From: an uncultured Prevotella sp.
GTDB lineage: Bacteria; Bacteroidota; Bacteroidia; Bacteroidales; Bacteroidaceae
Length of the DNA stretch: 49,588 bases
Direction of reading: 5' to 3'
NCBI GenBank assembly: GCA_964616945.1
Contig: CAZTUD010000001.1
Coordinates: forward strand, 1 to 49,588
The notes beneath the pieces are model-generated. The model made no database searches. It had not been told where the DNA came from and worked only from the letters and a program-made list of their open reading frames with translations. Positions within the stretch are counted from its first letter, which is position 1. Each line of letters opens with the position of its first letter. The position numbers were made by a program, and so were the translations under genes. This document shows positions 8,257 to 18,439 of the stretch, piece after piece.

Positions 8257-9867
8257 CTATCTCGGATTTGCCTCCAACCCGGCGGTGATGACGGATGCCG
8301 GCAGCTGTACGGCGCGGCGCGGGTCGTTGACATCCATCGAGTCGGTGACGGCCTGGATGGTGGTGCCGTTGACGGTGCGGCGGTAAATCTTCATGCCGAA
8401 GCGCTTCACGTCTTGCCAGCGCAGGCCCTCGTGCAGGGTCATTATGCGGCGGCAGTGGAGCAGGCACTGCAGGAACGTCTCCTGGTCGCCCTCCTCAACG
8501 GTGAAGTCGGGGTTGAGCCGCTTCTTCGCCGTGGGGCTTGTGGGCGTGTAGTACGCCATCTTGCCATAGAGGTTGTTGATGGCATCCATAGTGACTGTGC
8601 CCGTATAGGAGGTGAAGTTGTGAACCCACGTGTTGAAGTTGCTGAGGGCGTTGGTGTAGTCCTTTTTCATGACGTAAGCCTCAATCATGTTGAGCATGGT
8701 CTCGTCGGAAGTCAAGGCGGGGAACATTTCGTGTGCATAGCCGATGCCAGCGTTGCGGTCGCTGAACTCAAAATATTCGCCGAACTTGTCCATTATCACC
8801 TTTGGGAAGTTGCTGTATTGGTAAATTCTGTAGCGCAGGTTGCCGTAGCTTCCCCACACGCCATTGCGCTTGTTGTTCTCGCCATACGCAATGGCGTTTC
8901 CGTGGCAGTATTTCATGCCGAGGGTGTAAGGGCCGTATATGCGCACCCACAGCGAATATGTGCTTATGAGCAGGAGGTTTGCCTTCTCGCTGGTGCTGAT
9001 GAACTGGTTTGCCCGCAGGTTGTCGTTTGGCGACAACGCACCCACGGTTGTCCAGTCGCGGAGCATGGAGAGCGGGTCGTCGGTAAGCACGTCGTGGGCG
9101 TACGAGATGACCTTGTCGTAGTTGCTTCCGTCGGGCTGCACGTAGTAGAGATAAACACGGGCCGCGAACGCCTCTGCCGCCTTCTTGGTGAAGTGGTAGG
9201 CGGGCACGTCGTAGGAGGCGTTGGTGAGCAGGGGTATGCCCTCCTCAAGGTCGGCAATGATGTTCTGGTAGTCCTCGGCCACGGTGCCCCGATTGTATTG
9301 GGGGGAGACGGTGGTCTCCACGACCTTGGTGTAAGGCACGCCGAGGTCGGTGGTGCTGGTAACGGGGCTGTATGCCTTGCAGAAGATGCTGGTCAGCACC
9401 CAGTGGCTGTAGGCGCGGCATACGAGGGCCTCGCCCCGCGCGGCATCCAACGAGCTTGGGTTGCCCGCCTCGTCGATGGCCTGAAGCGCGGCGTTGGCTG
9501 AGGCTATGGCACTGTAGCAGCTGTTCCACAGCTGGAAGGGGCTGTCGTCTTCCTCGTAGGTGGCATCCTGCCACTTGTATTCCTCCTCCTGAAGAATGTT
9601 CAAGGGCGTGTAAGAGGTATTGCTCATCTCGTCGGTGTTGTCGCTCATCATCTCGGCAATCTCGGCATAGTGGGTGGTGGGGTATGCCGAAACGAGCAGC
9701 TCCTTTATCTTGTCCTGCGTGTCAAGCTCGGTGCGGTTGTCGGGCATCTTGTCGAGGTAGGAGTCGCAGGAGGCTGTTATTAAGAGTAAAGAGAGAAGAG
9801 TAAAGAGGAAAGAGATTTGCCTGCTCCTACCCTTGGCTCTTGCGTGTTTTTGCTTGTTTATTTTCAT
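8257..9867 (-). CDS. susD: RagB/SusD family outer-membrane lipoprotein
   Basis: Lipobox TASC; GEALVCRAYSH, FAARVYLY and EGLRWQDVKR motifs; follows SusC. Confidence 0.92.
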   Translation of the reverse strand: MKINKQKHARAKGRSRQISFLFTLLSLLLITASCDSYLDKMPDNRTELDTQDKIKELLVSAYPTTHYAEIAEMMSDNTDEMSNTSYTPLNILQEEEYKWQDATYEEDDSPFQLWNSCYSAIASANAALQAIDEAGNPSSLDAARGEALVCRAYSHWVLTSIFCKAYSPVTSTTDLGVPYTKVVETTVSPQYNRGTVAEDYQNIIADLEEGIPLLTNASYDVPAYHFTKKAAEAFAARVYLYYVQPDGSNYDKVISYAHDVLTDDPLSMLRDWTTVGALSPNDNLRANQFISTSEKANLLLISTYSLWVRIYGPYTLGMKYCHGNAIAYGENNKRNGVWGSYGNLRYRIYQYSNFPKVIMDKFGEYFEFSDRNAGIGYAHEMFPALTSDETMLNMIEAYVMKKDYTNALSNFNTWVHNFTSYTGTVTMDAINNLYGKMAYYTPTSPTAKKRLNPDFTVEEGDQETFLQCLLHCRRIMTLHEGLRWQDVKRFGMKIYRRTVNGTTIQAVTDSMDVNDPRRAVQLPASVITAGLEANPR

Positions 9868-9918
9868 GGTTATTTTTCTTTGTTTGAAGCTGCTGCTGCA
9901 TCGCAGCGTACTCAACGA

Positions 9919-12900
9919 TTATATGCCGAACTTGAGGGTGAGGGTGAACTGGCGTGGCATCGGGGATGCGACGCCGCCCGAGCGGAAGAACTCCGGGTCC
10001 TGGCCGTTGAGCTTGCTGTCGGCATAGATGAGGAAGAGGTTTGTGGCCTGAAGCTTGAGCGAGAGGTCGCTGAGCTTTAGGGGCTGCAGCCACGGCTTTG
10101 GGAAGTCGTAGGAGAGCGAAATCTCCTTCATGCGTATGAAGTCGCCCTTTGCCACACGCGCCGTGGAGTAGTTGTAGGCGTTGTAGAGCGTGGAGAGGTA
10201 GCCGTCGGTGGTGACCTGGCGGTTGGTCAGTATGACGGGCACGTCGGTAATGGCCTCGTCGCCGTACTGCACCCATCGGTTCTTAAACTCCTTCGGCATG
10301 GCGTAGAGGTCGGAATAGCTGCTCTTGAACACGGGGTCGAGACGCACCTTGTTGCCGAAGCTGTAGGTTATGAACACGTTGAGGCGGAAGCCCTTGTAGG
10401 TGAACACGTTTCCGAGGGAGCCTGTGGTCGTGGGGTCGGTGGGACCCTCATAAACTATGTTGTCGTGGTTCTGGCTTTGGAAGTTGATGTCGCCGCCGTT
10501 TGTTGTCTCGTTTCCGTCCTGGTCGGTTATGATGGGCAGGCCCTGGTTGTTAAGTCCGTTGAACTTGAACGAGAAGAGTCCGCGCACTGGGTAGCCCTTG
10601 AGGGCGAAGCCGTTGCCCGTGACAAGCTCCACGATGTAGGTGTTCGACTGCAGGTCGGTGACCTTGTTCTTGGCGTATGAGAATATGAGGTTGGTGTCCC
10701 ACGAGAAGTCTTTCGTTTGTATGTTCTTCGACGAGATGGTGAACTCCACGCCGTGGGAGCGCATTGACGCCACGTTGGCGAGCTTCTCAATCTGTCCGCC
10801 CACGCCCTCGGTGCGAATGAGGCCTATGAGGTCGTAGTTGTTGCGGCGGTACCAGTCGAACGAGAAGTTGATGCGGTTGTTGAGGAATCCAGCGTCAAGG
10901 CCGAGGTTCAGCTCGTGCTTCTTCTCGTATGTGAGGTCTTCGTTGGCGAGGTCCTCGATGTTGAGCCCGCTTTCCTGCGTGTCGGTTGACGGGCGGTAGG
11001 GCTTGTAGCTGCGATAGATGGCCGCCGCGTTGCTGACCGTTGTCGGGCCCGGGTCGCCGGTGAGCGAATAGGAAGCTTTGAGGGTGAGGTGGGAGAGGGC
11101 GGGCTGCAGCTTCTCGAAGAACGGCTCCTCGTGTGCGTTCCACGCTCCCGAGACGTTCCACGTTGGCAGCCAGCGCGACGAGCGCGCCTTGCCGAGGCGG
11201 TTGGTGCCCTCATAGCGGAACGTGCCGTTCAGCACGTAGCGGCCCTTGTAAGAATAGGTGCCGTTGGCGAAGAACGCCGCCGTGCGGGTGAAGGTGTTTG
11301 AGAGCGAATAATAGTCGGTGCCCTCCTCAATGCTCTTCTTGAAGAACTGATAAACGTAGAACGGAATCTCGCCCTTGGTGTACTGCATTCCCCAGCCGTT
11401 GAAGTAGTTGCGGTTGCGGTCGATGCGGCTCACCTCCATTCCGCCGAAGAGGTTCATGATGTGAATCTTGTTGAACGTGTGGTTGTAGTTGGCGGTTGCG
11501 CGGAAGTCGTAAGAGTTCATCTTGTAGTCCGTCTTCTGGTAGATGCCGCCTTGCGGAAGCACCGTTATCGGCAGCGAATAGGGGTCGTCGGGGTCGGTGT
11601 AAAGCCACGGGTTCTTGTCGCGCACGGTGGCGTCGGGCATGGCGCGGTAGGCCTGTGCCTGGTTGCTGTTGTCGGTTATGATGTGCTCCTGCATGGTGCC
11701 GGCGTATTTTGCCGAACCGAGGACCGCAAGCTCAAGGCCGTTTACGGGTTTGTATTTCAGCTCGGCCTGGAACTTGAGGTCGGCCACGTCGAGGTTCATG
11801 TAGTTGTTGTCCAGCTCATACTTTATGTTGAACGGGGCGTAGTTGCGGGTGTAAAACTCGTTGGGGTCGAGTGTGCGCGACGTGTTGAGGGCGTATGAAT
11901 AGGGGTTGATGTCGAAGTCGCGCCTCACCTCTCCGTAAACCGGGTCAACGTTCTGCGCCAGCGTGCCCGGGGCTTTCTGCTTGCGGTATGAGCCGTTGGT
12001 GATGATGTTGAGCGACACTTTGCTCGACACGTTGTAGGTGAGGTTCATGTTGGCCGTATAGCGGTTGACCTTGCTCTGCTTGTACCAGCCCGGGTCGACC
12101 ATCGCCGAGATGGAGCCGTAGAAGTTGAACTTGTCGGTGCCGCCGCTGACGCTGACGGAGTGGTTGTGCTGTATGGCGTTTGAGAACAGCTCGTCGAACC
12201 AGTTGGTGTTGCGATATTCGGCCTGCTTGAGGTACTCGGCCTCGGCGGCGTCGGTATTCTCAAGGGCGAAGGTGTGGGAAGCCGCGTCGTAGGTGTTCAT
12301 TAGCTGGTACATTTTGCCATAGACTCCGCTCTCGGAAGCGCGGTATGTCTCCGCCATGTTGAGCCAGCCTTTCTGCTGCATCTCGCGGTAAACGCCCATC
12401 TGCTCCTGCGAGTTCATTATGTTGAACTCACGGTAGTTTGGCTTCAGGCGCATGGTGTATTCGCCCGTATATGAGATGCGGCTGTGGCCTTGGCGGCCTT
12501 TCTTGGTGGTTACGACGATGACGCCCGCCATTGCGCGCGCACCGTAGATTGAGGTTGCGGAGCCGTCCTTGAGGATTTGGAAGCTCTCAATGTCGTCGCT
12601 GTTGAGGCCTGCAATGGCCGAGGAGATAAGCGTCTCGGCGTCGCCCGACGAAAGGTCGTCGGCACTGACATCGGTAACGTCCTCCATGATTACGCCGTCA
12701 ACCACCCACAGCGGCTTCGACGAGCCGTAGATTGAGGTTGCGCCGCGCACGCGGATTTTCGGCGCGGTGCCGAATGTGCCGCTCACGTTCTGCACGCTCA
12801 CGCCGGCAGCCTTGCCCTCAAGCGAGCGCGAGATGTCGGCCACGCCGTCGAGCTTCGCGCTCTCAGCGTCGATGGTCTCCGCTGCGCCAGTGAAGAGGCG

Positions 12901-13500
12901 GCGGTCAACGCGCTGCATACCCGTTACGATGACATCGCCAAGGGTGTTGGCGTCGTCCTGCATGATGACTTTAAGGCTCTTGCTGCCCGCTTTGTGGCGG
13001 TAGGTCTTCATGCCGATGTATGAGAACTCCAGCACATCGTCGGGGTCTACGCCGTTGAGTACATAGTTGCCATCGCTGTCGGTGATGGTGCCAATCTTCG
13101 AGCCAGCGAGCCTGACGGTGGCTCCCACGAGCGGCTCACCGTTGGCATCGAGCAGCTGGCCCGTGGCGCGGCCTTTTCCCTCACCCTGCCGGCTGGCGCG
13201 GCTCACGGTGATGGTCTTGCCGTTGACGGTGGATGACAGTGGCAGCCCGTGGAGGAGCTGCTCCACGGCCTCAGTGGCGAAGACGTCGTGGATGTCGGCC
13301 GTTACCTTGTAGGCCTTCAGCTCACTGGCGTTGTAGTTCACCTTGTAGTAGCCCGACTGCTTCTCCACATCGTACAAGGCTGTGGGAAGCGGGGTGTCGC
13401 TGCACTTCAAGGAGACCTTCTTGCCTTGTGCCGATGCCGTCAGTGTGACCAACAACATAAGCACAAGGAGCAGGACTGTTTTGTGATGCGTTTGCTTCAT
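9919..13500 (-). CDS. susC: SusC/RagA TonB-dependent transporter with N-terminal signalling (STN-like) extension
   Basis: IRVRG..SIYGSSKPLWVVDG, LKDGSATSIYGARAMAGVIVVTTKKG and L.YEKKHELNLG motifs; terminal FGI. Confidence 0.95.
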   Translation of the reverse strand: MKQTHHKTVLLLVLMLLVTLTASAQGKKVSLKCSDTPLPTALYDVEKQSGYYKVNYNASELKAYKVTADIHDVFATEAVEQLLHGLPLSSTVNGKTITVSRASRQGEGKGRATGQLLDANGEPLVGATVRLAGSKIGTITDSDGNYVLNGVDPDDVLEFSYIGMKTYRHKAGSKSLKVIMQDDANTLGDVIVTGMQRVDRRLFTGAAETIDAESAKLDGVADISRSLEGKAAGVSVQNVSGTFGTAPKIRVRGATSIYGSSKPLWVVDGVIMEDVTDVSADDLSSGDAETLISSAIAGLNSDDIESFQILKDGSATSIYGARAMAGVIVVTTKKGRQGHSRISYTGEYTMRLKPNYREFNIMNSQEQMGVYREMQQKGWLNMAETYRASESGVYGKMYQLMNTYDAASHTFALENTDAAEAEYLKQAEYRNTNWFDELFSNAIQHNHSVSVSGGTDKFNFYGSISAMVDPGWYKQSKVNRYTANMNLTYNVSSKVSLNIITNGSYRKQKAPGTLAQNVDPVYGEVRRDFDINPYSYALNTSRTLDPNEFYTRNYAPFNIKYELDNNYMNLDVADLKFQAELKYKPVNGLELAVLGSAKYAGTMQEHIITDNSNQAQAYRAMPDATVRDKNPWLYTDPDDPYSLPITVLPQGGIYQKTDYKMNSYDFRATANYNHTFNKIHIMNLFGGMEVSRIDRNRNYFNGWGMQYTKGEIPFYVYQFFKKSIEEGTDYYSLSNTFTRTAAFFANGTYSYKGRYVLNGTFRYEGTNRLGKARSSRWLPTWNVSGAWNAHEEPFFEKLQPALSHLTLKASYSLTGDPGPTTVSNAAAIYRSYKPYRPSTDTQESGLNIEDLANEDLTYEKKHELNLGLDAGFLNNRINFSFDWYRRNNYDLIGLIRTEGVGGQIEKLANVASMRSHGVEFTISSKNIQTKDFSWDTNLIFSYAKNKVTDLQSNTYIVELVTGNGFALKGYPVRGLFSFKFNGLNNQGLPIITDQDGNETTNGGDINFQSQNHDNIVYEGPTDPTTTGSLGNVFTYKGFRLNVFITYSFGNKVRLDPVFKSSYSDLYAMPKEFKNRWVQYGDEAITDVPVILTNRQVTTDGYLSTLYNAYNYSTARVAKGDFIRMKEISLSYDFPKPWLQPLKLSDLSLKLQATNLFLIYADSKLNGQDPEFFRSGGVASPMPRQFTLTLKFGI

Positions 13501-13644
13501 AAATGTATGTTTTTTGAGTAAAATTGTAACCTATTTACCTTTATAAGTCAAAAATCGTAAATAGTGGACACAAAAAACAAACTTTTTTTCAAAGAAAGAC
13601 AAAGTACCTTAAAAGACAGGGTATTTTTTGAAGACAGGGTAATA

Positions 13645-13715
13645 TTAAAGACATAGTAACATAGTAACACATATTGCTTTGAATTTATTATGTTACTATG
13701 TTACTATGTCTTTAA
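13645..13715. repeat. Perfect 25-bp inverted repeat built from 9-mer units
   Basis: TTAAAGACATAGTAACATAGTAACA (13645-13669) and TGTTACTATGTTACTATGTCTTTAA (13691-13715); partial third copy at about 13722-13740. Confidence 0.85.
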
Positions 13716-13752
13716 AATTTTATTATGTTACTATGTCTTTGATTACTGTGTC

Positions 13753-14751
13753 TTAGCGGACGATGATGTCGTCGGCGCCGAGGAACACCTGCACGCCGTC
13801 GATGTTGTTGAGGTCGTTGACTATGTCCTTGAGGCTTAGTGAGCGTTCGTCAACGAAGTGTATTCTCATGTTGATGTTCTCGCCGTTCTCGAACGCCACG
13901 CTCCTGCCATACCAGCGTGCTATCTCTGTCATTACGTCTTTCAGCGTGGCCTCGTTGAAATAGAAAAGTCCGTCCTTGCGCTGCGTGAGCGGGTATGTGT
14001 CAACCGCCGACACCGCTATCGCGCCATTCTTGACAGCCGCTACCTGTCCTGGCTTCAGCTCCACAGGGTCGCCCGCTGTCTGCACCGCCACCTTGCCATC
14101 GACGAGCGCCACCGCCGCCTCACTCTTCGAATAGGCCTTGACGTTGAACGACGTGCCGAGGTCGTTGACGGTGAAATAGTCGGTCTCCACGATGAATGGC
14201 CTGTCGGCATTGTGCCGCACTTCGAAATACGCCTCGCCGGAGAGCCTCACGCGGCGTTCCTTGTCGGAGAAATACTTGTACAGCCTCATGGTGCTGCCCG
14301 AGTTGAGCCACACCTTGGTGCCGTCGGAGAGCGTGGCGTGCAGGTCCTCGCCGACGGGAGTCTTCAGCTCCACAAGCTCGTTGGGCAGCTGCTGCGCCAC
14401 TCCCTGCTGGGCCGCGTCGTCGCTTCCCACCTCCACCACGCGCCCGTCGGTGTCGGGCGTATAGATACGTGCCGGCTCCACTGCCGTTTCCGACAATGCC
14501 GGCATGTCGCTGACGGTGGTTGCGTCATGTCTCGTGGTGCGCATCATTACAATCAGCAACCCGCATGCCGCCGCCATTGCCGCCACGCGCCACGCCACAG
14601 CCCACACGCGCCTTCCGCGATGCAGCCTGCGCTCCAACGCCTCCCACTCACGCTCAACGTCGGGCTCCGGGCCGTCGATGCGGTTGAGCGCGCTGTTGAT
14701 GACGCTGCTCTCGAAACTGGTAGCCAATATATCTTGTTCTTCGTTGCTCAT
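13753..14751 (-). CDS. fecR: FecR-family anti-sigma factor
   Basis: LSDGTKVWLNSGS, RRVRLSGEAYFEV, LGTSFNVKAY; single TM segment. Confidence 0.92.
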   Translation of the reverse strand: MSNEEQDILATSFESSVINSALNRIDGPEPDVEREWEALERRLHRGRRVWAVAWRVAAMAAACGLLIVMMRTTRHDATTVSDMPALSETAVEPARIYTPDTDGRVVEVGSDDAAQQGVAQQLPNELVELKTPVGEDLHATLSDGTKVWLNSGSTMRLYKYFSDKERRVRLSGEAYFEVRHNADRPFIVETDYFTVNDLGTSFNVKAYSKSEAAVALVDGKVAVQTAGDPVELKPGQVAAVKNGAIAVSAVDTYPLTQRKDGLFYFNEATLKDVMTEIARWYGRSVAFENGENINMRIHFVDERSLSLKDIVNDLNNIDGVQVFLGADDIIVR

Positions 14752-14771
14752 ATTATAATAGAAGTGGGTTT

Positions 14772-15305
14772 TCAGGTATTAGTGGACGGATTTTCTATAT
14801 TATTTGCATTAATTTGCAAACGTATTGATTTCATGGCGCGGTAGAGGGTCTTTCTCACGCTCTCTATGCTGCTGCCGGTTTGTTCGGCAATGTCTTTGTA
14901 GGAAAGGTTGTGGCGGAAGCGCAACGACAGCATCTCGCGTGCCTTTGGCGGCAGACGCCTTATCACCTGCTCCACCTTGCGCACCGCAGCCTCGCGCTCG
15001 CTCCAGTTGTCGTCGGAGGCGAGCGGACCGTCGTCGGCGAGCAGGTCTATCGGCACGGTGGCAATCTTCCGCTGGTCGCGCACACGCTTGAGCGACGCGT
15101 TGCGCACGCTGGCGAAGAGATAGGCGGGCAGCTCATTGGCGGACAGGTCGCGGTGGGAGCGCCACAGCGCGGAGTAGCACTCCTGCACTATGTCGCGCGA
15201 TGCCTCGTCGTCTCCCGTGATGTCGCGGCTCATCCAGTAGAGCCGCTTGTACATCTCGCGGAAGTTGCCTTCTATCTGCTTGTCTGTTAATAGTTCTCTC
15301 CCCAC
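14772..15305 (-). CDS. ECF-type RNA polymerase sigma factor
   Basis: DIVQE..., YLFASVRN, LP.KAREML.LRF...LSYKDIAE; adjacent to fecR. Confidence 0.9.
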   Translation of the reverse strand: MGRELLTDKQIEGNFREMYKRLYWMSRDITGDDEASRDIVQECYSALWRSHRDLSANELPAYLFASVRNASLKRVRDQRKIATVPIDLLADDGPLASDDNWSEREAAVRKVEQVIRRLPPKAREMLSLRFRHNLSYKDIAEQTGSSIESVRKTLYRAMKSIRLQINANNIENPSTNT

Positions 15306-15440
15306 TTCTATGCGCCAACTCTTGCTTTTATTGGGGCAAAGTTAATGAATTTTTGTGTATTATGGCATGTTTGGCGTTTCTTTTTTATAAAAAGCGTTGT
15401 GCAGGGCTGACACATCACTTTGGCAGTACGTTTTTCTCTC

Positions 15441-15620
15441 TCTCGCAGATTTCGCAGATTAGCAGATTTTTATTCGTTCATGTGGAGACAAACCGCTTTG
15501 TGGATTTCGCAGATTTTTCTCATCGCCCAATGGTGTACATGTTGGTTTTGAGAAAAATCTGCGAAATCGAAAATCTCTGTTCAAGGGACTGGAATCTGCT
15601 AATCTGCGCAATCTGCGAGA
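15441..15620. repeat. Nested inverted-repeat element of CGCAGATTT units
   Basis: 28-bp outer IR 15441-15468/15593-15620 with 1 mismatch; 16-bp inner IR 15503-15518/15553-15568. Confidence 0.8.
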
Positions 15621-15634
15621 AATTGGTGCGCCGC

Positions 15635-16009
15635 CTATGACCTCCAGAGGCCGTGGAGGTTGCAGTATTCGCGGGCGTAAACGTCGGTGGCGTCGGTCTT
15701 GAACTCGGCCACGGGCTTGTCCTGCGGGGTGAGATTGCGGCGCAGCACGCCGTCGGGCGTAACCAGCTCAATCCACTCTATGTAGTGGGTCTCGGTCATG
15801 GGGTGCTCCACCGAGCCCACGCTCACTCGGTAGCCGCCGTCTATTTTCTCCACCACCGGCACGTGCTTCTCGCGTGCTCCGTCGGTGGTGTTCTCCTTCA
15901 AGAGCTTCATGGGCTCGCCGCAGCATTCGGGCGAGCAGCTTCCGCCGTGCAGCACTTCTACCATGACGCCGCACTTCTGGCACTTGTAAACTTCTCCTGT
16001 CTTTGCCAT
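15635..16009 (-). CDS. dfx: Desulfoferrodoxin (superoxide reductase)
   Basis: YKCQKCG...CCGEPM, EKHVP, HPM...HYIEWI and CNLHGLW motifs; start ATG 16009. Confidence 0.95.
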   Translation of the reverse strand: MAKTGEVYKCQKCGVMVEVLHGGSCSPECCGEPMKLLKENTTDGAREKHVPVVEKIDGGYRVSVGSVEHPMTETHYIEWIELVTPDGVLRRNLTPQDKPVAEFKTDATDVYAREYCNLHGLWRS

Positions 16010-16037
16010 AATGTTTTTGTTTGTAGGGTTAATGATG

Positions 16038-17411
16038 TTATTTGTTCTCCTTTTCCTCCTCCATGAGGTCGGTGCCAAGGTGGGTGTGCGCCTCCCGCTT
16101 CCATCGTTCCAGTATCATGCGGGGGCGCGTGGCATAGACTATGGTGCGTATGGAGCCGGAATAGCTGAAATACTGCCATGCCCACTGTAGCATCACGGTG
16201 AGCTTGTTGCGCACGCCGAGGATTGAGCGCAAATGCACAACGAGCCACAGCAGCCATGCCATGAAGCCCTGCGAGTGCACCTTGCCTATGTCGGCTACGG
16301 CCTTGTTGCGCCCTATCGTCGCCATCGAGCCGAGGTCCTTGTAGCGGAAGGGGGTGAGGTTTGAGGTTTGAGCATTGAGGTTTGAGGTTTGGCTTCTTAG
16401 GTTCTTGGCAAGGTTTTTTGCCTGCTGAATGGCAACCTGCGCGAGCTGCGGGTGGCCGTTAGGGTAGTTGGGGTCGGCGGTCATCAGTGCCTGGTCGCCG
16501 ATGGCGAACACGCCGTCCATGCCCGGCACGCGGTTGTATTCGTCCACCTTGATGCGGAAGCCGCGCCCAAGCCTCTCGCCGTCGATGCCCGTTATGGGCT
16601 GCGCCCTGATGCCCGACACCCAGAGGAATGTGCGGGTGGGGATGCTGGTGCCGTCCTTGCAGGTGACGCGGAAGTCCTTGTAGTCGGTTACCATTTTGCC
16701 GAACTGCACGTCCACGCCCATCTCCGTGAGGAACTTGAGGGCTTTCTCCGACGACGCTGGCGACATGGCGGCGAGCAGCTTGTCGGCAGCCTCGAGGAGG
16801 TAGATGTGCATCTGCGAGGCATCCATGTCGGGATAGTCGTAGGGAATGACGTAGCGTTTCATCTCAGAGATGGCTCCGGCAATTTCCACGCCCGTTGCTC
16901 CGCCGCCCACTATGACGACGTTGAGCAGCTCCTGCCGCTCCTCCTCGGTGGCGCAGGTGAGCGCGCGCTCCAGATTGGACAACAGCACGTTGCGCAGGCC
17001 CATCGCCTCGGCGAGGGTGCGCATGGGTATCGACCACTCCTCCACGTTCTTGTTGCCGTAGAAGTTTGTGGTGGCCCCGGCGGCGAACACGAGGTAGTCG
17101 TAGTCTATCTTGCCGATGGATGTCTGCAAAATCTTTTTGTCTGGGAAGACGGCGCGTGCCTCCGCCATGCGGAAATAGAAGTCCTTGCGCTTGCGGAAAA
17201 GCTGGCGGAAGGGGAAGGAGATGTTGCTTGGGGCGAGGCCTGCCGACGCTACCTGATAGATTAGGGGGGGGAACTGGTGGTAGTTGTTCTTGTCGATTAG
17301 GACAACCTGCATTCCGCTGCCCTTAAGGTCTTCGGCGAGGCGCAGCCCGCCGAGGCCGCCGCCCACTATCACCACTCTCTTTTGCGATGTTCGCTTGATG
17401 TTTATGCTCAT
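16038..17411 (-). CDS. ndh: Type II NADH dehydrogenase (FAD-dependent oxidoreductase)
   Basis: [41 protein letters not shown] and [12 protein letters not shown] motifs. Confidence 0.9.
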   Translation of the reverse strand: MSINIKRTSQKRVVIVGGGLGGLRLAEDLKGSGMQVVLIDKNNYHQFPPLIYQVASAGLAPSNISFPFRQLFRKRKDFYFRMAEARAVFPDKKILQTSIGKIDYDYLVFAAGATTNFYGNKNVEEWSIPMRTLAEAMGLRNVLLSNLERALTCATEEERQELLNVVIVGGGATGVEIAGAISEMKRYVIPYDYPDMDASQMHIYLLEAADKLLAAMSPASSEKALKFLTEMGVDVQFGKMVTDYKDFRVTCKDGTSIPTRTFLWVSGIRAQPITGIDGERLGRGFRIKVDEYNRVPGMDGVFAIGDQALMTADPNYPNGHPQLAQVAIQQAKNLAKNLRSQTSNLNAQTSNLTPFRYKDLGSMATIGRNKAVADIGKVHSQGFMAWLLWLVVHLRSILGVRNKLTVMLQWAWQYFSYSGSIRTIVYATRPRMILERWKREAHTHLGTDLMEEEKENK

Positions 17412-17886
17412 GGCTATAGGTTTTATCTATTCGTGTGGCAAAGATAGTTTTTTCTTTTGAAGCGGGCAAGTGTTTTGGCAAGAAAAAAATTTTTGTTTTG
17501 GAAAGATTATTACAACACCCCCTCTGTGAGTGGCGTATTTCAAACCGAGGACTACTTTGCCCCGAAATACGCCATTCTCAGCCGAGGTTGCAACTTGCTG
17601 ATAATAAGCCTGTTCCGAAATCTGTACAATTTTTCTTGCTTTTTTGCTTATGCTTTACGGCGTAAGGGTGCCTGCCTTACGCCGCCGGGATGCCTTCTTG
17701 CCGCCGCCAAGGAGCCACCTTCGCGGCGTAAAGCATGCGCCTTCGCGCCGCCGGGAAGACGGACTGGCGTCGTGAGGTGTCCTCGACGGGCGAAAAATGG
17801 TCAAAAGCCACAGTCTTCCGCATTTTTTAGCCCCGTTTTACCCCCTGCGTTTTTTTGTCAGTTGCCTTTACAATAATCAAGCGGGG

Positions 17887-18140
17887 CCCTCTGGGCTCAC
17901 GCAGAGCTGAATCATCATCCTACCGTAGGGGATATGCCCCCGTGTATGCCCCTCTGGGCTCACGCAGAACTGAATCATCATCCTGCCGTAGGGGATATGC
18001 CCCCGTGTATGCCCCTCTGGGCTCACGCAGAGCTGAATCATCATCCTACCGTAGGGGATATGCCCCCGTGTATGCCCCTCTGGGCTCACGCAGAGCTGAA
18101 TCATCATCCTACCGTAGGGGTATGCCCCCGTGTATGCCCT
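17887..18140. repeat. Tandem array of four 63-bp units, each carrying a GTAG REP
   Basis: CTGGGCTC recurs at 17891, 17954, 18017 and 18080; the units are near identical. Confidence 0.92.
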
Positions 18141-18439
18141 ACGTGCTCACGTCAGCCTCGTTTTTGATACACCCCCACGGGTGAGGCTTCCAGCCTCGTT
18201 TTTGATGCACTCCCCCACGGGGGAGGCATCTTCCCCGCCCTGGCGGGTCTGGGGTGAGGTCGGTTTGGCTGTGTTTTGCTTACTAAAACCTCGTTTTAGC
18301 GTCGAAAAAGAGAAAAATTGTAGTTGGAGGCGTTTTTTTTGATTTTTTTGTGCAAAATATTTTTGAAGTTTAAACTTTTTATGGTAATTTTGGCGCAACA
18401 AGTGTGGCAAAGCGCCACAAGGAGAGATTTTATATAATA

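Noticed and set aside
13645-13715. Invertible promoter
   Set aside because: Only 21 bp lie between the repeats, with no TAnnTTTG inside and no recombinase nearby.
7467-14844. Long antisense ORFs (8203..9501, 13858..14844 and similar ones such as 26433..27602)
   Set aside because: Shadow frames opposite well-supported high-GC3 genes.
17887-18140. CRISPR array
   Set aside because: The units are near identical along their whole length, with no unique spacers, and no cas genes are present.
17435-18410. Repetitive ORFs (17855..18184, 17877..18107, 17934..18167)
   Set aside because: Artefacts of the 63-bp tandem repeat being a multiple of three.
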